DNA from: Enoplolaimus lenunculus
Lineage: Eukaryota
DNA length: 64,000 bases
Assembly (NCBI GenBank): GCA_030248215.1
Contig: JASANG010003582.1
Location: 310,001-374,000 of the forward strand
Reading direction: 5' to 3'
Below, one piece after another: positions 1 through 12,200 of this stretch. The position numbers were made by a program, and so were the translations under genes. How positions within the stretch are numbered: the first letter of the stretch is position 1; each line of letters opens with the position of its first letter. Below the pieces are notes generated by a model that made no database searches, was not told the origin of the DNA, and saw nothing but the letters and a program-made list of their open reading frames with translations.

Positions 1-71
1 CATAAACCACACGGATACGCCAAACCCAACCCGTAAGTCTTTCTCTATCGTTGCTTTCCGGGATAAACTCA

Positions 72-245
72 TTAGCGGCTGACTCGTGACACCGATTGTT
101 GATATGCGTTCACTAGCGTCTCAACTGCACTCGGATCCGCAAGCGTTGACAAATCACCAAAATTTTGAGTTTCACCGGCAGCTATTTTGCGCAATATTCG
201 TCGCATTATTTTACCCGATCGTGTTTTAGGCAGTGCTGGAGTCAC
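72..245 (-). CDS. ACSS1: ACS exon 16 (last, stop TAA)
   Basis: [22 protein letters not shown]...[10 protein letters not shown]. Confidence 0.94.
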   Translation of the reverse strand: MTPALPKTRSGKIMRRILRKIAAGETQNFGDLSTLADPSAVETLVNAYQQSVSRVSR

Positions 246-3200
246 CTAAAATTAAACAATTCATATACTCATTTCGCAAGTCAACTTTTTTGTTAACCAA
301 CTGAAAAATTTCCTGAAAATATCCTCGATGGAATTCGCAAATAATCCTAAAGTCTGCTCGATAGAATTCGCAAATAATCGAGTATTAACACTAAACACGG
401 AGCATCCGCAACTTTACTTGGTTGTGCCTTGATCATTTAGCTATTAAAAATCCAAAAGCACTCTCAGCGCCAACACCTAAGACTACGCATGGCGCTGTAA
501 TCGCCGCGAAGTGCCGCACGCCACCGCGCGTCGCCGTGTATCACGTCGACAAGCAAGCTTAATAAAACCCGAGGTGCAACGCGGCGCCGTCCGTGTTTCT
601 TCGAGCAACATAGCGCGGCGCTGTGCGACACAAAAAAGTATAGCGCAACCCCCGAACAGCGTTTGCGATTTTAGAAAGCTGGCCCTATCCAGAGCGTCTT
701 TCACGCTCTGATTCATCGAACGCTTAGGCATGCTTGTCGAACACTAAACAAAATTACGGTCTTTGAACGCTAACCCTGCCAAGCCCGATTTCTTACCAGA
801 ACGTGGTCAGGCACAGCGTACGCAGCAATTTGATCACGAACTTGTGTTTTCATTTCTTCAACGACAGTATTTTCATCTCGAGGTATGTTTGGTCGAAGTG
901 AGACAAATGCAAAAACACCTAAAAACACCAAAGAAACCGACAAAAATTGCCAAGCCATTGCAGAATTAGTTGTTTGTTAGTTACAATAAACTAACACCAC
1001 GAGCGTAGACGGCGGTTTAGCGAGGGGTCAACCCGCCTGGCAATTTTTGACCCGGGTTGTTAAGAAATTGTTCAAGTTGTAAACACTAAACCCCCCCTTT
1101 CTAACCTTTAATTGAACCTAACCATCCGTTTTTTGAAATTCTGACTACGTTTATGGATCGAGCACTTGATTTAGTAAACAATTTCAATTGGTTACAAACT
1201 TTACTCTCCCCTTTAACCGAAGGCAGGCTGACAGCACGGGGGTCAACCTGTACTATGATTTTCGTCCGCGCCACAGGGTTTTTAAAAAATGGTTAAAGCT
1301 GGGAACACTTATTCCAAACTTTTTGCAGAACATAACGTTCCTTTTCCAAAATTTGAGCACCTGATTTAGCCAAAAAAAATTCAATTTATGACAAAGTTAA
1401 CTTACTCTCGCCTTTAACCGAATGTGGACATCCGACTACGGCCGATTCAACGATATCGTGATGTTCATCCTACGTAAAAATAACAAAATTGCATGTGACG
1501 ATGTGAAACAATTGATTAGATAATGACTAGGTTTCTAAAATCTAAAACGTATTTAACGTACACTCAAGCATAGGGGGATGTGGGTAACATGTTTTTACCC
1601 GACCCCAGCTTAGACAAATAAGAATTTTATTGACTCGCGGGTTTACTCACGCTAAAAACATCTACACACAACCCATGTTTTACCCGAGCATGTAAAGCTA
1701 GTATTTTAACGATCGCTGGTGATTTGCACTTTATTGAAGTTTTGCGTTATAGCTCCAATGAATTTTACACATGAAAGCTTATTATAAACACCAAAAGTTG
1801 CAATCCAACTAAATATAAAGCACAGAACTTTAGATGTTTTAACCTTTACTAACTAGCTCAGTTGGGGCGCTGGCATTGTAATTGTTGTTGTAATTGGCTA
1901 TAAAAACTGCGTTACTGGTTTTGTGTGTCTCCAAGACTCACAAAACCCAAAATTTATGTAAACTGCCTGAAAATGGGGCTGAAGTAGCCAACCTCCATAA
2001 TCATTATTTATATTTTCTGCCAATTTAGAGCGACTGTTATAAGAAAAAACCCATAGTTTTGCTTTATGCCAAGAGCGCATCAGCAGCAAAATTTTGATGA
2101 AGGGCTTCTATATGGTGCTGCTTAACTTTGAATTAGTATGCTAAAAGTGTTTATATCAGATCAAATTCATCCATCGGATAAGGCAAGGACGCAGTTATAT
2201 TTAAGTCGGATTCAAAACTCAGACAAATCTGTAAAATTGTTATTAATTTAAAGAATAAAACATTTTTGTCTTAAGCTGCGTTTAAAATGTGAATTTATTA
2301 AAATAATTTTATAAAAAAATAACCAACCAAAATATCTTCGACCTCAGCGGTTCCCAGCCGATGACCACTGACATTTATGACGTCATCCATTCGGCCAGTA
2401 ATTGCAAGGTATCCATCGTCATCGATGTGAGCCCCGTCGCCAGTAAAATAATAGCCTGAAAACATTAAAAATAAAATTAATATTTCCGTCGCAACAAGTG
2501 TCATTTTACCACTTTTCTGAAATTGGTATTAGACAAAAATTTGAATACTTCATCAATCGCCAAATTAAGCATGTAGCAACAGAAGTACATCTAATCAAAC
2601 ATTAGAATTAATCACTACAGCTGCCTATGTGTACACTTCCCCCATAGGCTTTAGCTTTGGCGAAGGCTTGAACTTTGTCTTCGGTTTCAGAAAAGGTTTA
2701 CCTAAGCTTACGCCCAAACCTTTAAATAACCGTGTATACCTAAGCTCAGTAAGAGTGTAAGCCTAAGCCTTAACGTTAAATGTGGGGAGAACGTGTATAC
2801 GAGCCCCCATTAGAACTTTGAAAATATCCTTTTAGTGAAAACAATTTAAATACCTGGATAACGTTTGAAGTATGTGTCCACATAACGTTCGTGATTGTCG
2901 AGTATTGTCCTAGCAATTCCAGGCCATGGTTGACTAAGGCACAGTGCACCGTAGCTAGATTTTGCAATTGTTGGCTCGTTCTATAAAACCGGACCGTGCT
3001 ATACGTTATACTTCCACTGAGGCTTAGGCTTGATAATCTAATTAGGCTATTAGCTACTTTTTACACCGCTAGCAGTAACGTACTTATTTACTTCTTCGAC
3101 ATAAAGTCCAAACATATAGTTACTGTATTAATAAAATAAGCTGAGGCTTAGGTTAGGGAGTAGGCTTATACGCAGTTTAACCTAAGCCTCAGCCTTGGCC

Positions 3201-6200
3201 TAAGCTTCAACCTACGCCTCGACCTAAGTCTAAGCTTAAGCTTGCGTACATTATAAACAGTAGTGTGCAGGAAACTTTTGCCTTCTAGCAAATTAACACT
3301 AGTGTTATGGAAAACTAAAACAAGCTACGAAAGTAACATTAAACCAACTTTAATAAGTTTTCTGCAAGAAATAATAGGGAGTATAAAAAGCAAAATTCAA
3401 CACGTGAATTTGATAAAATGATACCGCATATTGTTTTCTTCCGAACAAACAAACAAACAAACAAACAAACAAACAAACAAACAAACAAAAAACAAACAAA
3501 CAAACAAACTAATTAACTAACTAACTAACTAACAAAAGGAAGGTTCTTAATTTCAAATTGTGCCTCGTCTCTGTCGGGAAACTACGATCCATTTCAGGCA
3601 TGACCCAGAATATTTTTCAAGTCCAAATATGTACAAAACTCACACGCAACCACTGGCGAATGTAAATGGGAGCCAATCAGGCTATGCCCCTTTACACAGA
3701 GGAAAACCAAAATTTTACACTGATATTTAGTACTCGAACGGCTACGCAGCTATTAATGACGAGAACGTAGAGCTCAAGAGTTTGAACCTTAAAAAGCACA
3801 CTACCCAACTCACTTTATCATCAAATAACACAGGTTTGATACCATAAAATGGACGCATTGCCATAGCAGGTCTAATTTCAGTCCCAGGATCGCATGGCGC
3901 AGGAGCAATGCATATCCCACCGGTTTCTAAAAATATAAAACGCTGTTAAAAATTGTTGGACAATTGAAAATAAACCACTTAAAAATTGAAATTTCATCGA
4001 CTCTACAATTCGTCGCCAATACGTAGCTATGCTTAGGCTTATGCTTAGAGTTAGGATTACGCTTAGAATTATGCTTTTAGGCTTTAGGACACTGTTGGAC
4101 AGCATGCTATCGATGTTGGACAGCATGCTATCGAGCGATAAATAGTCGTAGATACGAAAATTTATCTGGCGAACTGAGCCAAAGTTTTTGTGGATTCTGC
4201 ATGAAGTCATAACAAAAACCTTCGTGAGTTATAGCAAGAGTCGATGATCATTGTAACAAGAGTGTGCAACTACCGAAGCTTGTGTCGTACAAAATGGACC
4301 AACCAGGCGTTGGATTTTTGACCGACCCCCCACTTAGTGGGGGTAGTTGATGATTGAAATGTAGAATGCGCATGCTTTTAAAATTATAAACGGAGTTAAT
4401 ATACAACTGCAATATTTCAACGTGTAAAATAGAAAAAATTGTCAAACTTGACCCCCCCCCCAGATAAGGAGGGGTAGGCCAAAAACGCAACGCGTGCCGG
4501 GTACATTCTTTTGTGCAAAGAATATACCCAGTTGCACACTCTTGTTATAAAGAGTTATCATCCACTCTTGGTTATAGCAATTCGAAAAACCAAACGTTTC
4601 TGCATTATAGCGATTTCAGCCCGGGTATAGCTTTTATTTCGACGAGATAAGCTCGCCTAAAAGTTTCTGCAAACGAGCGTAGCGAAAAAGAAATAAATTT
4701 TTGCATCTCCAGCTTATTATACAACCTGTATGTCCACTGTATTCGCCACGAGATTTGAAAATACACTTAGCATATGATCTCACATAGATTGTTATTCGTA
4801 CACGATACAAACGCATCATCATTAACTTACTTTAAATTTGTTACCTTAGTTCTGGTTGTAATTTAATTGGCCAATGTTACTTTAAGGGCGTAACAGTAAA
4901 TTACGCGTATTCCTAAGCCTAAGACTAAGCCTAAGCGTTCCAAGACTGTTTTCGTAAGCCTAAGCCTAAGCCTAAGCCTAAGACTAAGCCTAAGCGTTGC
5001 AAAAATGTGTTCCTAAGCCTAAGCCTAAGCCTAACCCTAAACCTAAGCACAAAATGTAATCTAGAATCTAAACCTACTGTTTTATGCACCCATCAGAAAC
5101 ACTGCACGTCCCTTAAAGTAACATGGGTCGTTCTGGTTATAATTTAGTTAATGAAAAAAATTGCTGAAGACACTGAAATTGGGCCGTATTTTGCATTTGA
5201 ACTATAATGTAAACAACCGTAAGAAGTGAAAATATTTTAAACAAAATACCACAAAAAATATAGTTTCTATTGAATTTACTATTTTTAACAACCTGAAGGC
5301 TACAACATTAGTGCGATTACCTGTTTGCCACCAAGTGTCCACAACCATACATTGATCGTTGCCAACAACGCTGTTGTACCACTCCCAGGCTTCGTGATTA
5401 ATTGGCTCACCAACTAAAAAAATAATAACTATTTTCTATCATAAAATTTTGAGCAAACTACTATAATTATCCACAAAAAATAACAGACGAATACCATTAT
5501 AATTTTAATGTTTACCGACGCCGTCCGTCGACGTACGTAATCGTCCATCACCGTTCGTTATCGTACGGTATCAAACGCGAATAATTTGCGTATGATACCG
5601 TACAATGACACACGGCGACACACGGCGACGTACAAGGGACTGACCGAGCCGCATACGTAGGCCATTAAGTCCATCTAAAAGACGGACAAGCCAGTTGAGT
5701 GAACAGAGTCTCTTGCAGGCAGAAGCCGCCGCCAACCCTGCATGCGCTAACTATAGATAGCAGGTCAATATACCGTCACCCTATTCATGTTTTTAAAAAA
5801 CAGAACCAAATGTTTAATTTGTCATACCATTTTAATGAAAATAATTTTACAAATAAATCTTCTATTTAACATACCAGATCCTAAAACCCGTAAACAAGAC
5901 AGATCGTAATTGCGCGGCCAATCATCACCATATCGTAACAGGAGTCTAATCGCTGTTGGCGCACCGTAGAATTGATTTATTTTCAGTCGCGATACAGTTT
6001 CCCAATATCGACCTACAAACAAAAATGACACTGTTGCCTATCGGCGGCGGATTGAGAAATTTCTCACGGGTCGAAGCGAATAGCGAAAAAAGCCTGGCGA
6101 GCGAGAAGCCAAACACAATATTTTAGTAACGAACCCAAACTTAACGTTAGAAAAGCACTTAAAAAAGTTTTTGAAAATGTATTTTTTGGCACATTCATAT

Positions 6201-9200
6201 TGGGTGCGTTTCATTATTCATCTGAAAACGTTTAATTTTGTGCCAGAAAACAATATGTGCCAAAACCCAGGCTGCGACCGGACATTAATTAACCGAATAC
6301 AACAGGGACCGGATATATTTTTTACCGGAACCGGATTTCAACCGTATATATAGCATGTAAACATGAGCTCTGTTAAAAGTAATTCAGTTGTGCAGAAGTA
6401 TGCTTACTGAATTAAAGTAAATTATTAACTTGGATTTTTCACTTTATTTTACTTAGTGAAAATTTTAAAAACTTTACTTGTCCGGAAAGATAATCGCAGC
6501 AAGATGTTAAATTTATGCACCTGACACAAGCAGTTTTATGGTATTCCGGACCACAACAATAAATAACCAGTATCCTGTAGGTTTATACCAGATACCGGAA
6601 CCGCATACGGATATCGGTTTTCGCCGATGTTAATTTGGAACCGGATATCCGATTGTACGCTGCCAAAAATTATTGCATCCTTCATTATATAAACGTCTCA
6701 TTGCAGTTTGTTTGAAATTAAAAGACACCCTCAGAGAAAATTTAACTAACAGGGTTGCCAAAAAGATAGCAGGGACATAATCATAAAAATACAAACCCAG
6801 CCAAATCACAACAAAATGTTGATCTCCTCACGGTGACACCAGTTTTACTTTAGGGGACAGGTTTTTTGTACTCTGTATAGACACCCACGGTCTTAAGGGA
6901 TAAACAAAATGAACTTATTTGATATAATTACTCACCGGGGTTTGGATAGACTGGACTGCTTTCAAATAGAACCGTTGTTCCTCCATTACTCAAAGGACCA
7001 TAGACAGCGTACGAATGTCCAGTGATCCAGCCAATATCGGCGACACAACCAAAAATATCATCGTCGCCGTAGCTGAACACAAGCTGAAAATACAAAACAC
7101 ACCCGGTATGATTAAAGATTCGCGTTTTGTTGGCAATCACTATAAGGGTGGTACTATACTTGTCGTGTCACGCCGTGAAAGCGCTGTACGTCGAAATTTT
7201 TTCTTTACTAAATTGATATGATGTGGCACGCGGCAATACACGGGCGATGTACGGTGCCGGACGGAGGCGGACAGTGACGGACAGCATCGGACATCATCAA
7301 AAGTATAACAGAGCTTCGGGAATAGGCTAAAGGTTACGCTCGGCACTGTTTACACTTATGTATTGTGGAAATATGGCGGGTTGATTACATTTTTTTAATA
7401 AATTGAAACGAAAAATAAAACATTTGATTTATTAATCAACACTTTATCACGGTATTATGTTTGAATAACTTGCTAATAGAAAAGCAATTGCGTTAAAAAG
7501 TAACCACATTTTATTAGTACATATATCGTGCCCCAAATAGCAATTGGCAACTGGGACGTCCCAAATGACAATTGCTGTTGGGGGAAGCCCAAACAACTAC
7601 TGGTTGCAAATTGATTTTGATTGGACGATTATGTCGTAATGTTTAATCGAATACAAAGTTATATAGAAGATGCTGTTTTTAAGTTCGGTTGTTTTGATAA
7701 GCCAGTCAAATTGCGCCTCTGTAATCCTTCATCCATATAAACCTTGTTTAATTTATAGTTTGCAAATATAGTGAAGCCAAATAATTACTGTACAAGGTAG
7801 TTTTCTCGAATATAGTCAAACCTGAACAACCAATTAAACAGTAGTCTGCATTCCAGTAACTGTTTGGGCTGCAACGAACAGCAATTGTTATTCAGGACGT
7901 CCCAGTTGCAAAATGGGAAAAATAGTTGTTTGTGGCACGAAATATATACTATACAGGTTGCTTAGGCTTATGATTAGCCTTAGGCTTACGTCATACACCT
8001 CTTTATATATCGAATCACTTTCAGTTGTGCAAAATCAGAGGCGGGTTCACGATTTTTAAGTGGGTCTGGGTATACTGTTTGTGTTTTTACAGCTTTAAAC
8101 CTTGCTCTGACCTAATTTTTCAATATTTTATGATTGATTAATCTGACCAAAGGGGCAAAATTTTTAAATCAGTGTTACAGTAACCTAGCCATATTTTTCA
8201 CCTACTTGGCTAGCAAACACACTGTTAGATTCAGATGAACCATTTGTATCTTAAAATTTTAGTATGGCCTAGCCGGTAAGGTGGTATATTCTCATGCTAA
8301 CTTCGTATCCGCCACTGGAAATAATTGTTACACCTTTTGCGTTAACATAACATAGAGCAAATATCCGGCTTGTGTATGCAGGATTCCTTTTGGTTTGCCA
8401 GTACTTCCGGAAGTGTACAGCGTGAATAACGGATCTTCACTATTCATTGATGCAGCGTCACATTTGTTGTCTGCTTCTGACATTGCCTGACAAACCGTAC
8501 CAACACAGCTTTAACAAGTGACCATATTGCACCTATCGCCAGTTAGCGATAGGTTGTCAAACTTACAAACTGCTGCAATTGCGCATCTCAAATCTGGCAC
8601 AATAAAAGTAGAAACCGAATCAGAAAACTGTGCTGAATTTTGAACCTTTCTGTTCACTGGTTCGAAAGCTACAAGACCTATCGCAATCTGATGATGTTTG
8701 TGACGCATAGTTAACAATACGGCTAAGAGAAATTATTCACCTGAGAAAGTATAAATTTTTCAAGAAACTCCTTTTAGCCAGTCAGTTTAGTTTGGCTGGA
8801 CATAACTAAAAATTTCTGCCATAAATGTTTAAAATCATAGTACACTGCAAAAAATGGTGAGTCGAATTGACTCTTTTTCCGAAATACGCTTTTCCTGACT
8901 ACACAAACTGAGTCAAAATTCGACTCCGCCAGAGTCAAATTCGATTCACTGAACCGCTCAGTGAGTCGAATTTGACTCCGTTTGTGTAGTCAGGAAAAGC
9001 CTATTTCGGAGACAGTCCATTTGACTAACCATTTTTCACAGTGTACTTTTCAATTAAAACGAAAACAAAGCATTACGAAAAAATTTCTCGACGAAAAAAT
9101 AACTAAACTTAGGCACAGTTCTAATTACAAACCCAAAACGAAGTTTCGTCAAAAACATTTGGAATCTCGACTGCTGAGCTCAAAGGTTTTTGCGAACAAT

Positions 9201-12200
9201 TGTCGTGACCGCTTGTAACCACAGTAAAAGCACATGCAGTTGTACACTTTACCGCATAGGCTTACGCTTAGTCTCAGGCTTAGGCACAGGTTTAGCAAAA
9301 CGACTATCTAAGCCTTTATTTAAGCGTAAGCCTTTGTTCAAGCCTTAGCTATGACACCGAAGCCTTTGCTCCTAAGCCCAACCCTAAGCTTAAAATGTGA
9401 AGGGAACGAACGCAATAGCTAAAACACGAAAAAAAAACTATAACTCCACCTACTTCTTCCAGGAACACATTATTCGACTGAATGGGAACATCATTTCCAG
9501 TTCTTCGATACACAAGCACCGTTTTGATATTTGAGCATTTCGAAATCGCATTATCTGCAGTTCGTTTCAACTCAATCAATTTACCGCCGCGAACCGCTTG
9601 ATCTGCTGTGACGAGCACTTTGCAACCAACTGAAAAATAAATGATAAATAAATGATATAAAACAACATTAACTGATAAGTACAAATATTATTTCAATATA
9701 CTGGTTTCGTTTTTATTGTCATCAACTGTCCATTTCTGAGTTCTTAGGGGGGCACATGCATTATTTCAATTGTTTTAGGTATTAAACAAGTAATAACGGT
9801 AAATGTTGAGGGGATCTTCGGATCGAAACCCCTCATCGGAACTGTGTAAAATTATAAATTAGTATTGTGATTAAGGCCAATGTTACTTTTAGGGGCGTAA
9901 CAGTAGATTAAGCGTATTCCTGAAGCTAAGCTTAAGCGTTACAAAAATGTGTTCCTAAGCCTAAGCCTAAGCCTAAGCAAAAAATTGTAATCTACAATCT
10001 AAACCCACTCTTTCATAGACCCACCAGAAACCTTTACGCCCCTTAAAGTAACGTGGGCCATAAAATGTAGAGGGGATCTTCGGATCGGAACCCCTCATCG
10101 AAACTATACAAAATTAAACATTAGTATCGTGATTAATATGCCTACGTCTGCGTTTCGAGTTACACCAAAAATTATTTTACAACATGCACACTGGTATAGG
10201 CATTTGAACAAACCGCTAGCGCGTTAAATGTTTCTTGCATCGTTCGGACATAAAGTAGAATTTTACGCAAATTTCACCCCTTCAGTTCACTGTTATTAAA
10301 AAAGTTAATAAATACGGTGTGACTGCACAACTGTTTACGTTTTGATAGACAGTGGGGCCAGTGTTACTTTAAGGGTCGAAGCCTAAGCCTAAGCAAAAAA
10401 TGTAATCTAGAATCTAAGCCTACTCTTTTATAGACCCACCAGAAACCTGGACGCCCCTTAAAGTAACATGGGGCCGACAGTGGAATAAATTGTGCATTTT
10501 TAAAAGTTTATAATACATCATATGATACGTCATAGTCAACTCAATTAAATGGTGTTAAATTTCCCTTAGTTGGTCGATTGGTTCATAAATTATGGTCAAA
10601 TAACTCATTTTGCGCCATTAAAAATCGTGGCCAATGTCAAGAACATGGGTGAAACATTATTATAAGCATATTCCTAAGCGTAAGCCTAAGCTAAGCAAAA
10701 AATAGTCTAAGCTTCGTACCGCCCCTGATCTTTGCATGGGCCAAAATCGTTAACAGAGAATGAGAAATCAGTTACCTGATCATAACTCGTTAACCAATTG
10801 TTGGGTTGCAAAATATTAGTATCATTCGATTTAGCTCGTCAAAAGCAACAAAAGCATGTTATACATTAGCGAAAGCGAAACGAATTAGAAGCATTCGAGA
10901 CAGCAAACAATATTACCGGCACCACCATGACCACACGAAGCGGCACAACTATTGGCATCGGGTTCATTTTCCATTTTCCAATGATCACCTGAATCATGAC
11001 AGCACAACCTCGTGCAACCTGGTTTGATTACATAAAATGAAGACACGTCGAATTTTGGCTACCGAGTTTGATACGGTCACAGAAAGATTCTAGGGTAAGC
11101 TCAGGCAGATCCAATGGGAAGGTCATCCATACCGCAGGCCCTCGAACGAAACTCAGACACCCCCCGAGCGTGCTACACGTCAGAAATTTATAAATTCGCT
11201 ATTGAGATAGAGTTGATTTTCGGAGGTGTGTTTTATAGCACCATATCGTTGCTTTGGTCACATATTCTCAAGCACCACTGGTGAAGCTGAAAAATATTGC
11301 AGTCGGACACGACCTGGTGGTAATATATATTTTTGTATTTTTGTACACGATCATAAAAGCGAGATTTTTATTTGAGAAATTTTCATAAAGGGGACCGTTA
11401 CGTTTTTTAAAAATTTAGAAAGCCCCCCCTCCCCATTCCCTTTTGCCTACGCCCTTGTTTATTTTGTTTTCAAGCATACCTAAAGTCTGAATACATTAAT
11501 CAAACCGAATAGAAAATAAACAGGATCAATATAGATTGCGGCCGGACAGGGACTTTTCATTTTCCACGGTAGAAAATGTATACCCAGGAGTGCAGCTCAG
11601 GCACTCCTATTTGACACGCTAGATTTTCCCTTGTTTCGAACGGAAAATTTTCAAGTGTATTTTACTTATATGTACCCGGAACTGTGGCAATTTTAAACAC
11701 ATAGGTGTTTCTGGTTTTGCTATCCAAAGTCTGAGCCGTGGGTTTTGTTTCGAAACGGGAATAGTAGCAAATTCAAGCAGACATCTACGTTTACTTCGGC
11801 TTGGAAGGGAAACTCACAAGTGTAGGTATTTCGTGGAAAATGGAAGGTAGAAGCGAACATATATATTTTTAAAGGTTTTCGTTGTGTTCTCACGAAAGCT
11901 GCCTCCTCTAAACCCTTCGCAATTTCAAAGAACCTAAACAGGATGATAAGCTTTCACTCCCAAACAAACCTTCACGCCAACTCGGTGATAATTCTAACAG
12001 CTAAAATTTCTAATGAGCCGTATTTGAACTGTATATTTACGCTGTAGTATAAGACCCGCTCAGAGTGGACGGCTTAGGTGACAGTAGTCCTACATCCTGC
12101 TTTAGGCTCCAATATCATTGTGGAAGATCAGAGACAGCAGCTCACATCAATCGAAGGTAAAAAGTGTCTCAACTACACCACTCTATATTGAGACGTTCTG

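Noticed and set aside
4910..5050. True telomere or telomere-addition site
   Set aside because: Arrays are short, internal and bounded by TIRs with target duplications.
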